A stretch of DNA of 63,609 nt, filler included, from Choristocarpus tenellus KU-1152 (GCA_964200185.2; 8 parts of 8 records of this genome joined end to end with filler, not necessarily neighbours in it), one strand, 5' to 3'. Shown: positions 11,872-25,596, counted from the whole stretch's first letter. Translations and numbers: made by a program. Notes: generated by a model not told the origin, from the letters alone.

Positions 11872-14800
11872 TTATGTTTTCATTGACACTCCAGGTCAAA
11901 TTGAAGTGTTTGCATGGAGCGCTTCTGGTCAAATCATTACAGAGACTCTTGCCGCTTCATTCCCTACTGTGAGTGCTAATGGTATACCTCTGTATACTTC
12001 AACCATTGAACTCTGCTTTGTCTGATCTGGGGCTCCCAACAACTCCATCTATCCTGCATCTTTGCTCCAGCCCCCCCCCCCCTGCTTTTCCCGCTCTTCA
12101 AATTGATGGAACAATGTATATGCTTATTTTTGTCTTGTGTGAGCAATCATTGTGCCTTCCTACTCAGTTTAATGTTTCCATCGTAAGAGTGTTCACTTAT
12201 AGAGATAGGAAAAGTGCCATTTGATTGGATTAGCACACTAATCGAAGTTTGAGGGAAGAAATCTCATGGGGTCATCTTTTCAAAACCTGTTTCTTGGCTT
12301 GTTAAAACCACGCCTCTCACGTTGGGTTGTGCAACTAACTCCCCATCCATCCCTGCCCCTGTCCTCCGCCCTCCTGATTCATCAACCGCATATGTGTGCG
12401 CATGTGATTTCCTGATGCAGACTCTCATCTACGTGGTGGACACACCCCGCACGTCAAGCCCAACCACATTTATGTCAAACATGCTTTATGCATGCAGTAT
12501 TCTGTATCGGTCGAGGCTTCCCCTGGTGCTTGCCCTCAACAAGGCAAGGACTCAGTCCTCCCCTACCAAGACCACTTCCTTGACCAAAACACCTGGTCAG
12601 GGCGGTTGTCTCCCCTCTCCAATGAAAGGGTATACCTCGTTACTGCTAGAGCTAAAATTGTTGGTACAAAATTGAATAATGCTTGCAATAGAAGAAGTAC
12701 TGCGATGATCAGTACCTGATCGGATTCACCTTTCCTTTCCTCCCACCTTTAGGCCCTATTGCACATAATTCCTCTTCAAATATACTTGTTTTGAATTATT
12801 GATATTTTGCTGTCCTCTGCTTTTGCATCTCTTTCCCCACCTCTGCTTTCCGTTGTTCCCCTCCCCCCCATCCCCATGTGCCCTTCCCCTCGCCACCCTT
12901 GTTCTCCTCATAACGTGCTATTGTTACCCCTGTGAACCACAGTCAGATATACTGTACCCTAATTTTGCCCTGGAGTGGATGTCAGACTTTGAGAAGCTTC
13001 AGGAAGCGTTGGATCGATCCACAGACGACAGTTACATGAACAGCCTAAACCGATCATTATCCCTGGTACTGGATGAGTTCTACAACACACTCACAGCTGT
13101 GCCGATATCAGCGGCGACAGGGGATGGGATACGAGGGCTGTTTAAGGTTAGAGGAACGGCGATACTCTCCCAAATGTGTGGCAGAGTGGAGTGGCTGAAG
13201 CATCTCAAACCGCATGTGATAGGGGAACCCCTCGGCTGGAAATTTGGCAGTTTGTGAAACAGGATATGGTATTATTGTGTGAATGTGTATTGGTTTGGGG
13301 CATTACTTCACTTTTTCCTCTGATTCTCACGTCGTACTTCAGCGTTTGCATTTGTTTCTTTTTGTCCCGTGGATGTTTTGATTTTTTTTTCATGGTTTGC
13401 GATTCTTTTCCAACTCAACGAACTTTGTGCTCATCGTTTAAAACCTCTCTTACCTCACCATGATCATCGCTTGGTATTGCTGGGGAAATCATTGTCCCCA
13501 TTTCCCCGTGACTTGAAACTGTAGCTTGCAACACACCTGAATACACTGTATGATATGGTTCCGAGCAAAGTAAACTTGAGCTAAAGAACAAAAATAGCCT
13601 CCATTCCTCTTTATTGCATGAGTCAACCCACCATTCCATCCAGTGCATAGTAGTAGTGTGAATGTTACTGTTGTGAAGGGAAAAGATTGTGAGAGTAACA
13701 TTAATCAGCTCAAAAAGACTTGTCATACTTGATTGCATTGAAGAATGCAAGGCGAGCCATGTGAAGCACCTAGCACTGTGAAGAGTTGAATCGCACAGCG
13801 TGTATGCGTGTGACATAATAGTTTTCTGATTGAAAGATTTCAATTGTGATCTCGATTGTTCTTCAATTTTGGAAGGAATAGATTCAATGGAATCAGTGAT
13901 TCACAACATACCATGAGAAATTGATATTGATTCTTTTGGTTTGGTTTTTTGTTGCCAGTGGGTTGTATTCTTGGCACTACTCCTATTTTCCTCCTGTTTG
14001 TTACCTTATGTGAACAATTGGAAAGAGTTTGGTTGCCAGTTGTCAGTTTGAATGCAGTCCCTCTGTTGTACCATCAGCCCACTGATGTGCTGCCATCTTT
14101 GCTGTAGCCAGCCAGGCTCCTTATGCTCTAGGCATATCATGTGTGCACCATCTGTAGACCTCGCCAACGCATGAGCAAACTCTTTCATTTTGGGGCACAC
14201 GTTCATGCACACAACACACACACACACACATAAAAACAAAAGCATATATTGGTGCTCACCTGCCTTGTGTTTTATGGACTCTTAACTGGTGTGATGGAGG
14301 GAAGGCTTTGGACAAATCTGCAGAGGAGTTCAAGAGGGACTACCTGCCAGAATTGGAGAAGAGGATAGCAGATTCAAAGCGCCGGCAAGAAGTAGCAAAG
14401 AAGGTGAGAAACTATTGGCAAATTCGGCATAGCTCCAACTCTGCATGGTGAGACACTTGATCCTTGATCCTTGCAATGCAGTCATTGTGGCCCTCCTACA
14501 TCCAAAACGCAGTACATGAACAGTGTGATTCCTACTCGTTTTTACTGCTCTTGATGAAATCTTGCCACCCCAAGGTGTTAGTGTTATGCTATGTGCTGTG
14601 TTACAGTGGTGGTGTGGTATGCTTGTAAGTGCACCGCACAATTTTTACTTGAGGTGGTTGGAAGATGTTTTAGTGTAATAGCATTTACCATAACCCAAAT
14701 CTTAGCTGCGTCTTACTCCAGGATTTTTTTTGTAGACCTGAGTCTTGTGTCTACCTGATGTATGTTGAGAGAGGTGTGGTTAGTGTGCATTGATGAATAT

Positions 14801-15305
14801 AAAGATGAGGCATGCAGGGGGCTTGTACTCCTTAGAGAAAATTCCAATTGGTTGCAAACCTCATCTTCTCCCCCGTCCTCCGCATTGAAATGCTGACATT
14901 CTCATGTACTGCTTCTCTACCTCTCAGCGTCAAATGGAAAAGCTGATGAAAGATCTGTCTGTTGCAGAGACCTTTCCGGGAGGCACAGCACCAGGTGGGG
15001 AGGGAGGAGCTCAAGACACTGGGAAGAAGGGAAGTGCTACTTCTAACATTGGAATGGGAGGACGTGATACGCCATCAGCAAGAGTCAATGCTGGTACAAC
15101 AACTGCCCGAGGGGGTGTGGGGGCAAGAGTTGAGGTTGGGGCTGGTTTAGGGATGGCAACAGGTGGGTCAGAAGTGTTAAGGACTTCGACTAAAGCTTCA
15201 TCTGACATGGGGATTGATAACAACGGTGCAGACATGAAAAAGAATGGGAATTCAGGATCGGCAGGTGTGCTAGGGGAAGGTAAAATGAAGGAGGGTATAG
15301 TGTGA
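11872..15305 (+). CDS. GPN1: GPN-loop GTPase 1, 3' part
   Basis: Exons 11872-11968 ([21 protein letters not shown]), 12421-12543 ([25 protein letters not shown] donor), 12943-13146 ([24 protein letters not shown]), 14305-14403 and 14928-15305. Confidence 0.93.
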
Positions 15306-16889
15306 CACAATTTTTCGAGTTTTGGGGTGATTATGCCAGGGGTAGGGGGAGGATTGGTATCCTGAAAAGTGACTAGTACGATCTCAAGTTTGTCATAGGT
15401 AGCTGCTGATCTCCCTTAACTTTCCTACCATCAGTTATTTAATGGAGTACTCACTGAGCAATGGTTACACTGCAGTCCTGGACATGAATCTTTTTTTAAA
15501 CACCTGCTTTGTTCAGTGAGAAATGCTGTTATGTAGGGTCCAGTTGTCCTTTGGTATGCAACACGTGGACTCCATTCAAGTTTTCCCAACACTCCAAAAC
15601 AAATTTATGGGGATACATGGAGTGTCCTTGTGTGCTTCCTGAAGTTCCTCTTTACCTATCTGTTGTAACCATGAGTGTTTCTCACAATTTTGCAACCCCA
15701 GGAGAGAGTTGATTTTGTATGTATTATGATCCCAAGCAATTAAGGCTTATCCTAACTCCACCTCTTTGTCGCCCTGCACCCCCCTGTTCTTGTTCCCTTC
15801 CTGTCTCATGTTACCCTGGTGCACAACTTATCAACATCCATACAACTGCCAACACATTACTGTGTTCATCTGGTCTTTTTCCACAGATCAGATGGACCTT
15901 GAGGCTCATGATGTATGACAGCACGAGAACATCTCTGGGATAGATAAGATAGCGAGAAATCCCCTTCCTGTTCTTTTCCATGGCATACGAGCACGGTCTT
16001 GCACGCTTAGTACTTATTTGGCCACGTGAATTGCCTAGTAGAATAATGTAGCAGGGCACAACCTAAATGGTGTTTTTAACACATTTACCCAGCTCTAAGT
16101 AGCACAACTGATACTGTCCTACCCTCTGTATTCAAATATGCAATGAGATACATCACAAGCTGATTATTGAGAGGCACAATAAAGCATTGTTTCCGACCTT
16201 TACTGCATGAGATTGGGAAGGATCAGAGAGTATGTTCCTTTGAGGGAGCAATGACTGTGTTTTGCAGCGACATGTAGCACCACTCCTTCCACACACCACA
16301 TATTCCCTTGTGTATTGTATGTATGATAATATAGAAATCTGAAGTTTTCCTATGGCAAAACTGACCTCGTGCACTTCAATTTATATAGTGCAAATTTAAA
16401 CAGGTAGTATATATGTTTCCATGCAACAACAGATATCAACACAGCACACGGACTTTGTTCTGTAACACAATTCACGAACTCTCTTGGCTTCAAAGCCTCA
16501 AAAAAGAATGTACAAATTCATTTCTTGGCAACTTCAGAGTTTTTGGAGCTGGTCTAGATGATAATTCAGAAACAATTCCCACATACCATGTTACGTTCCT
16601 CACATCAAATTTGGAATTTTCAACAAATAGCGCTAGTAATAATGGCATAGAAATGTGCCAAGAGGCATGTTAGAAGCGCATGCCATTCAAGAATCCGATC
16701 ACACAACCCCTCATTCCCCTCATCTGCAGCACACCTCGCTTCACACCAACTCAGCAACAGTTATCCATGGTATAGGGGTCACCATTGACTCTGACAATGA
16801 GGCAAGCGAAAGTCCCCTCTTGCCCCTCTCCTGCCCCTACCTCCCCAATGAAAATACTCCCAAGTTTCGAGCAAAACATACATAGACCT

Positions 16890-19800
16890 CTAGGAAAATG
16901 TACCAAAGGGTGTTGATCCCCCTTGACCACCACCCTGACTCTGACCCCCAGAACTCGTCGACTCGTCTGTAAGAGTGGCCCCCACTATCTGCAAGTTTTA
17001 CAAGGAAGGGAAAAGAGATGTGGGGTGGGGTGGTCGACTGCAACAAATTGGAAAGGAAATAGTGTAAAATATAGACAATACATACAAATAGAAGAAAAAT
17101 GAAAGCAACAAAAGGTGAGGATGAAGTATGCTTCGTGTGGGAGAGGATCAACTATGTCAAAAGCCATCCCCAACCCTCTAAGTCTGGTCCCCTGAGCTTG
17201 TTGACTCGTCTTTAAGTGTGGCCCCCACTATCTGCACGTTGCAAGAGTTGAATGGGGCAAGAGGGCAAGAAACACACAAGACAAATTAAAAGGAAATGTG
17301 ACAGAGTAATTGTCAAGGATTGAAAATTTTAAAAGGGAATGACTATATCCATGCCTGCCGAGTACTGGATTGAGTTCGCTACACCGTTTTGTCTATGCAA
17401 GGAGTTTGCACAAAGGCATTCATTCACGAAGGGCTGCCTATCAAAACCAAGAGCATTTTCAACAGGAGAGCAGCAAGTGGAACCCACACATCTGCACTGT
17501 TCCCCAAGGGGTTTCAGTGCAAGAAGAGCAAACACAACCTACTCCAGAGAGAGAGAGTTAGTTGGGTGCGTGAGAAATTGCACATGAAAACAGGTATCAG
17601 ATATCAGATATCAGCACAAAGACGAATTGTAATGATAAACAAAGGAGATACAGTGCATCGCCAGCAGTTGAAGGTGGGCATATTTTAAGCTGCATGTTTG
17701 TTAGGGATCATTGATGGAACGACATTAGCAGAGTCACAGTTTTTACTGCAGGATAGCAAGTAACAAAAGAGAGCACTAAAATGAGCACGTTTTGGATATG
17801 CATCTAATGTGTGCGCTCACAATTCAAACCCCAGCTTGTTCATTTCTGACCAGGCCACTGCTTTGACATTCTTTGTCATAATAAATTGAGATGGAGCAGA
17901 GAGACACAAGGATGTGAGCGAATACGGTTCTTTGCTTCTTCCAAGCAGCAAATTTCTGTGCTCTGTATGGGTACAGTCAACAACCGACCACCACAAGGAT
18001 AGCAATTTCTTGCTACTGAGTTATTGTACAGTCTTTTTCTGGAAAGAGCTAGGGTGGGGTCCCGTACCTGTGCAAAGAAGTAGAGTGTGCATGTCATGAG
18101 CATCAGAACACCGGTCAGGATCTGTCATCCAATTCCCCCCAGCCCCCCACAATCAACACAGATACAGGGAGCAAAACGTCATGTTCCCACCAGCGTATAA
18201 AGGCCAGACGGGATGCAAAAGGTGGAAGTGAGGAATGGATGTAATGAAGGGTGAATCGGAAGGTGTGTGGGCAGGAGGTATGTATACCTACAACGTTACT
18301 TCAAAGAGTGTATAGTGTGTCAAGTCTTTCTAACTTCATTAAGGATTATCAACGTGGTGTACAGGCCGCACCATTTTCCACTACTTAAAGAGTGAATCCT
18401 GAGTCAGACATCTACTTCTAATAACAAGCCACTTAGACCTACCATTTTGCAACCTGAAGAAACAAAACTAAGACGTTCTACTTAAATAGATTTCACAGAT
18501 ATCCAGCTTATCACCCCTCAACTCAAGTCATCCCAGCATTTTACCACATACATGGGTTCGGTCTTCCACAAAACGTTGCCATTATATTTTCAACCTCCTC
18601 AAGTTTAGACCATATGGTTTGGGGTATAGGATAGAAGACTATCACCCTTGATCAACTCGATTTATCTTTGCCTACATCAAATAGATTTAAGCTCATCTTT
18701 TATCTTAATTCACTGGCCCATTGTACAAAATGTATGGCGTTGGTTAAGAGTAATATTTGACAAAAACATCGATTTTTGAAGTTTACAAAAAAAAATCCTC
18801 TTGCTTCAAAGTAATACTTAAATCCAAGGATATACACAAACATCTCATCCATGAACATCCGATGCTCTTCTTGGTCTCTAACTGCAACACAAGGAAATGC
18901 AGATTACATGTATGTATACACATGAGAGTGTGCAAATAGGTGTGCAGAAGTTTAGCTTTGTGTTACAGGCGCTTACACCTGTGTGTTCTCACAAACACAC
19001 TGGAGGTACAGAGGCAGAGGAGACAGAGGAGGTCAAGATAAAATTGCCTCACTCACCCGCCATCCGCCGAGGTAGAACATTGGGATGGCCAAACCAAGAA
19101 AAATCACCCCCCGTACGACTGGAATACGGAAGTACAACTGTTCATTCAAAATATCCTCCAGCCGCCGACAGGGCTTCACCAAAAACAGGCAGAAGGGTTT
19201 GGGGATTAGACTCCACGAAACAAGGACAAAAGAGGCAAAAGAAAAGTGGCGTACAGATGAAGAGCAGGGCGTTGCAACAGGGGAGATGGACAACAGAGGG
19301 TGTACCTCTGTATCATTGGTGTGATGTCAAGCATTACTATTATGGTAAAAAATAAAAAAGATTTTGCGAGTAGTGGAGATTGCAGGAGAATGCATTCTTT
19401 TGGCTGGTTGTGACACATGAACCGTTTTCTCATGGAATAAATGTTGGCTTTCCCACTATATCACTTACATCCTCAATTATATTACTACTACTACTATGGC
19501 ATAAATCATGGCATGACTTTACACTACAATGACAACAACACTCAATCAAACTTCCATATTCTCCCCTATCTACTCCCAACCCCGAGATAGTCCGTGCCCT
19601 TAGCCCTGCTTCCGCACACCTACCTGGACACATTTGTATATGACGGGGAGCTCAAATGATGCCAAAAAGAGCCCCACCCCAATGGAGTAAAAGGAACCCA
19701 GAATGGACCAGAACACGAAGCCTAAGATACCCATTACAAAAGCTGCCACAGTTGTGATCTTGCCCCCCTTTTGGGCATGCGTTCCCCATTCTGACTCCTG

Positions 19801-20565
19801 TCAGTGTAAGAGGTGACGGAGCGGGGGTTGAGAGTAGCTAAGGGGTAGAACAGTATCACCCAGGAGGGGGAGGCTGTGGTAAGTTGCGAGGGGCATAAGG
19901 TCAAGTGATAAGTGAATGGAAAAGTTGGCGAGGGTCAAGAATTTTGACATCCACATGGTAATGCAACCAAGTGGGCTTATGGGCAAAGTCGTTATCTCTA
20001 AATATATCAATAGTCAGACCCAGTACAGCGTGATCAACGCACATACAGTGCAATATACAAAGTCAAAGAATTTTCCCATACCCATGTACCAAATTGACTT
20101 GCAATAGCAGTCAATTAGGCAGACACTAAAGAGCGTTGGTGGCGCACAAGGTAATGCGCTGAGTCCGCTATGACAACCCGCTAAATACAGATAAATCCTC
20201 TAGACTAAGGATTCAAACCACAGCCCTGTGAAAACGGTCGAGTTGACTGTCCCATCACTATGGGAACTACTCAGGCACCTATTACATATCGTCTTCCCCA
20301 GGTGAGGGATTGCAAATTCTCACAAGGTGAAGTTTGTCCTGTACCCATTTGCGACCTAAGAAGATCTCTCAAACCAAATGTGAGATTAAAACATAACCAA
20401 ACATGCAATATCCCGTTGCAGGTCAAAGAACTTCAGTTTAAGTACTTGTCTTAAAGACGACATGGAGGTGCTGGGTTTATCCCTTCCCCGTCAAGTGAGA
20501 GCAAGATTTGGAAATAAGTATATCGGTACGAAGTTCTTCCTTACCATGAAGTGGAATTCCGGCAT
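16890..20565 (-). CDS. Small multi-pass membrane protein, TVP18/calcium-channel Flower (Cg6151-P)-like
   Basis: Exons 20565-20545 (MPEFHFM), 19797-19624, 19173-19057, 18121-18068 and last exon 16988-16890 (or 17231-17178) are all phase 0 with GT-AG. About 150 aa with 3-4 hydrophobic segments, FELPxxxxC, RGVIFLGLA and LTGxLxLxTxxLY. Family assignment is by motif resemblance. Confidence 0.8.
17178..17231 (-). CDS. Duplicated alternative last exon of the TVP18/Flower-like gene (IVGATLKDESTSSGDQT*)
   Basis: Near-copy of the 5' half of exon 16988-16890, with its own pyrimidine tract, TGCAG acceptor and in-frame TAG. Confidence 0.55.
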   Translation of the reverse strand: MVGATLKDESTSSGDQT

Positions 20566-20939
20566 GATCTCCCTGATGCTATCTTATCTCGAGAAAGCTG
20601 CAGCAACAAAAATTAAATCAAGGTGGACTTATCTCTAACCTCCTTGGGTGATACAGGAACTTTCAAAGGGTTGGTGTGTCTAGAAAGTTGACATACAACA
20701 AGATCTCCAATTTAACCATATTTGATATCATCGAAAATTGAGTATGTAAATAGAACAACAGGAACAGAAATTCAACCTGATAGTATCGCGATGCTAGATC
20801 CTTTGAGGTATTCAGACTTTTGATATCGGTAAATTCAAGGCGATACTTGTTGATCAACTTGTTGGTCTTCCCTATCAACTCCTCCAACCAAAAGTCAGTT
20901 CTAACATCGTCTGGCTTGCATAGAGTGGCAAATCTGGTC
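20566..20939. promoter_or_regulatory. Probable bidirectional promoter region
   Basis: Start codons of the TVP18/Flower-like gene (20565, -) and UTP23 (20940, +) diverge 374 bp apart. Confidence 0.5.
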
Positions 20940-23900
20940 ATGAGGGTGACCCGTGCGAAACAGTATAGACGATATCTGCGATTCTTCAGAATTGTTTATG
21001 GTATCACCCCACCTTACAAGGTTCGTCTACTCGATGTTATGATAGTAGTATCTATTTGACACCCTGCTTTCACTTTCTATCCCTTGGCGTTACGTCCCCC
21101 CCACATGTTTTTTCCCTGCGTCCCTTCAATATCGCAGGTTATTCTTGATGGCAACTTCTTACATCAATGCATTTCCACCAAGGTCGATATCGATAGGCGA
21201 CTGGCCAGTGTCTTGCAGGTTTGTCTCTATCCATGCAGTATCTGTGGCGTGAGACTCTTGAGTGACCCCGTATCAATCCGTGCTCTGCATGCCAATGGCT
21301 TCAACTCATGCACTGTGCAAATGCTGTCTGCATTTTGAAATCTAAATTCTCCCATCTTTTTTTTCAGAGGTGGCAAGCCAAACACCTTGCTCCTACTATC
21401 GAGACATATGCACCAACCAGAACTCCACTCTCACGACTAACCTCTTGTCAAGAAAAGGGATCAGAGTTCTGCAGTGATGGCTAGAGTTGAAACGTTTTGC
21501 TTTTCAACATGCGTTGTTACTTCCTTATGTCTGTCACGCGCAGGGTGCATCCTTTCGTCTTTATACCCCAAAAGCTGCTCAGGACGAGCTGGAAGCTCTA
21601 GGGCCTGACTTTGATGCTGCCTTCCAGGTAGGTCGATGAGCCATGCAGAACTTATCGATGTTTTCAACCTGATACCGCTAACTCCTTCTCCTCACGATCG
21701 ATATGCCTGCACCTCGATCTGTGTTCTGTTGTTTCTGGCGACCGTGCTCTGTCGCTCATCGTGAGTGTTTTTCTTCGTTGTTGTGGGTGTGGGAGGTAGA
21801 GTAGTTATGCGTATCTAAACGACTGCACAACTACCCCTCTTGACCCCCAATGCTTTGCTGGGCAGTTGCCACTGAAGTTTCAGGTCGCCGTCCAGGGTAA
21901 ATTTTGCTATTGTCGAGCTATACCTGGTCGCAAAAAGTGCGTTGTCCCACCTCTACCGGGTTGTTTCACAGCAGTGACCCCTGGGCACCATTCTTCAGTT
22001 ACAATCACCAACCACACAAACCACTACACTCCATAACTCTATTTTGGCATCTGCTTCAATTACCACCTCCTCGGTGCCTTCAAGCTCTTTTGACCGTGAC
22101 TGAACTTCCTTCCTTACAGCCTACCCACGGACCCATATCATCTTGCTGTCCCTGTAATTCCGCCATGCCCACCTCATATTCTTGTCTAACTTGGTTAGAT
22201 GTGCACTCCCTGTGCCCTTGAACACGGTTGCAACCTTGATCTTCCCCTGCATAGTTTGCAAAGACCCACTGCCGAGCCATTTTTGGGCCACGTGCCGTTA
22301 CTGTTCAAGAAGGGGGCAGTGAGGAAGGCCAGGATGGGGGCGGGGACGACCCGGCAGAACAGATTGCTAGGGCAGTGGGTGTAGACAATCCGAACAAGTA
22401 CATTGTTGCAACCCAGGTGAGGCGCAGCACAGTAGACACGAAACACGTGTTACAGGTCTGCAATCCCTTTATTGTATCCTTCACAACTGTGCAATGCTGC
22501 GACAAATGAACCTTGTACATCTACCCTTGGTGCATATGTGTACGTTTGTACGAGACTACTTACAGTTCCTCCGGACATGTCTTTTTATCTTGTTTTTTTT
22601 ATTTTGTGGTGTGGGTCATCAATGCCTGTGCACATTTTCTACTCCCAAGTATTGATGGCATTGACATCATCTGAGCCACTGTGACAGTTGCACATACAGG
22701 ACAAACCATGATTGAAGTCGTTTGTGCTTCACAAATCAGTAAACAAAAAAATTCTACAAATATTTGTAGTCAAGGTCGAAGGAGCGGTGAAGATGTACGA
22801 ATCATTTCTACCCCTAACTCTTATAAGCAGAAAAATGTGTGTGTATTTTAGTGCTCACATATCACATATCACATATTGGCACCACCACTCCTCCTGTGCA
22901 AAAACAGTACTAGCAGTTCCCTGGTACAAGCACATTCATTTGAATCCCTCTCCAATGATGTGTAAATCACAGTGTGTTGATTTGTCAACATCTCGTCACA
23001 TTGTCGCAAGATTTGTCCCACGACATGCTCAGGAATACAAAATGGGTAAAAGAGATTGGGATCCACAATTGAAAGAGTCAACAAACATGCATAACTTGGA
23101 TTTATGACAGAAACAGCCTATGATTTTTCAGAAATTATTTTTTGTATGCCACAAAACAGATTTGATTTTTCTGACATGTGGACAGTGTATTTTCCTGTGC
23201 CTATCCTATGGGTTACTACCAAGAGGTGAGTATTTTTTTCAATGAGCATGAGAACTGGAGTTGGTCCTCAAACTCAAATCCCCTACACCCTACTCAATTT
23301 CATAACCAACCTCAAGGTTGCATTCCGACAACTCAAACAATTTCTTGAGTTCCCATCAGCTAGATCCAGAAGACCCACTCTGGCAGATCCCCAGTATGTG
23401 ATTGAGGCATCCAACCACGCGGGAAATAGCAAGAGAGAACAGAACGCCTCCATATGTGTGTATTGCTATTTACTTGTGATCTGGACATGTCTCTCCTGCT
23501 CTAAGAAGTCAATAGGTCTTGGCATCTTTGGGGAAAAGAACATTATATCAAAATCTACAAATGTCAAAGCTATCAATATTTGAGGATTCTTGTGCTTTGA
23601 GTACTGAAGCTTACTCTACTTCTCACTGTTTTCCTCTGATATATATGGGGAGGGGGGGTGTAGAATACTGTTTAGTAATGAAGTTCCAAGTATCTTGACT
23701 CCAACACTATAATGCGTAATTCCTCAAGTACTAGAGCAGTATAATCCAGCACTAACCAGAATGAGTAATCCTTGACATGTCTTCAAGACCCTCATTGCCA
23801 GGCCTCATTTTTTTTTCCTCTATGGTTGGCACTTCCATTACTACTGTTCCTTTGCACCCCCATACCCCTTTGGTAATGGCTTTGGTTATGTCATTGGCAA

Positions 23901-25488
23901 CCACAAAGGATGAAAACCTTAGGGTGAGGCTGAGGAAGGTGCCTGGTTGCCCACTGTTGCATGTATCGAGGACAGTGCTGCTCATGGAAGGGCCATCAGG
24001 GAAATCAAAAGCAGATTTTGAGCGCTCAGAGGTACCTACAAAGAGATTGGTAGAACTCTCAGTTGCTTTAAAGTAGTGAGGTGCAAAGAGCAGACTTTGG
24101 AAATTGCTGGCCTGGGGTGAGTGGGGCATGGATGACGAAATGATGCATAAATTGCCAGGTGTTTGTTTCCTGTTTGATCATAGACATCCTGGTTCTTGAC
24201 AGCACTACTACGTGGTGAGTTTTACGTTCTATTAGTACTTACAAGTATATGCTGTGCAGCTTCCTATCAGAGTTTTAATCTGTGGGGTGGAGTATTGGTC
24301 CTGGCACAGTACAGAATAGTCCTGATTTTGTGTATCTTACCTTTGCAACAGTGGTTGCAATCTCACTCTTTGGTCCAACATCCCCTCCTTTTTTATTATT
24401 ATGAGATAGAGTTCCTTTGAATTTGACAGTTTCGTTTTTTTTCATGGTGAAACTTTTGCAGAGGATGAAGGAGGTTGGCCTAACCGAAGAAGAGGTGAGT
24501 ATTGTCAAGGGTATGAAGCGAAAGGAAAGCGAGGAGAAGTGGACATTGAGGTGAGGCCGGGTTGGAGCATGCAGAGTAGGGGGCAGAAGTGATGTAAGAA
24601 ATAATTGAGCAATGGATTGTAGGTGTGTTTTGTATCCTGCTCCTGTTAACAGGGGCAGTAGGTGACAAAGTATCTCAAATTAATTACAGAAGAGTTGCAG
24701 TGGAGTGTTGGGAGTTCCCTTCTACCTGAGATGTGAGCTATGGGTTTATTATTTGTGGAGGTGCTTTCCTACTTTTTAAGAGTTACTCTCACCCTCACTT
24801 TCAATGAAAGGGCATGATGTATGAACTATATTGATGAAGCGCTTCTTGTGATTGATTTTAGTATTCCAATTCTTGTAGCTTGAAGTGGCTTGCTTGCAAT
24901 GGTCCCTCAATATAACCTAGCATGCATCCAGGTTGGGATCTGGCACTGACAACTGCTCTCCTGTCTCCCTTCTTTGCCTGATCTCACAACAGTGTTCAAT
25001 ATACCATCATGTTTTTGGGGTGATTTTGGTGTTCATTTCTCCTCTGAAATCCATGCTAAAATGGTCTAGCCAAATGTTAAACTTGAAAGTGGAGAGGCAC
25101 TCAAGGCGCCTGTTTTAGGCACCACCATGAAGTATATTACATGGTGAGTTTATTTGTTGAAAACACTCTCTAATATTGTCCTTGCTTTGACATGGTTGGG
25201 CCATTATCCACTGCTTACTGTGCGATCAATACTGTGGCGCTGGTAACCAATTTGACTGAGGGTTCTAGGGCAGCCCAGTCTCACAAACGTATCAAGAAGA
25301 AGGCGTCAGCCCCAAACCCACTCTCCTGCAGACCCAAAGCAAAGGGTGCTGGAAAGGGGACGGGAAAGGAGGATGCAAAAGGATCAGAACACAGGGGTGA
25401 TGGCAAGCCGCGACGAAAGAGGAAAAAGCGGGGATCAAGCGAGGGCAGAAGTGGGGGGGGGGGAGGTGAAGGTGGGCAGGATTCATAA
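20940..25488 (+). CDS. UTP23: rRNA-processing protein UTP23 (Fcf1/PIN family), complete, 7 exons
   Basis: Exons 20940-21020, 21138-21218, 21544-21627, 22255-22416, 23909-24031, 24462-24550 and 25269-25488. Motifs MRVTRAKQYRR, PYKVILDGNF, NPNKYIVATQD, LRKVPGCPL and APNPLSCRPK. Confidence 0.92.
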
Positions 25489-25596
25489 GGATCAAANNNN
25501 NNNNNNNNNNNNNNNNNNNNNNNNNNNNNNNNNNNNNNNNTTAATTAATTAANNNNNNNNNNNNNNNNNNNNNNNNNNNNNNNNNNNNNNNNNNNN

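Noticed and set aside
16945-17243. Direct repeat as an LTR pair or CRISPR-like repeat
   Set aside because: Better explained as the duplicated terminal exon. There are only two copies and no array structure.
17329-17538. Third candidate last exon for the TVP18/Flower-like gene (VVFALLALKP...)
   Set aside because: It has a CT-repeat plus TAG acceptor in phase 0 but no homology or compositional support.
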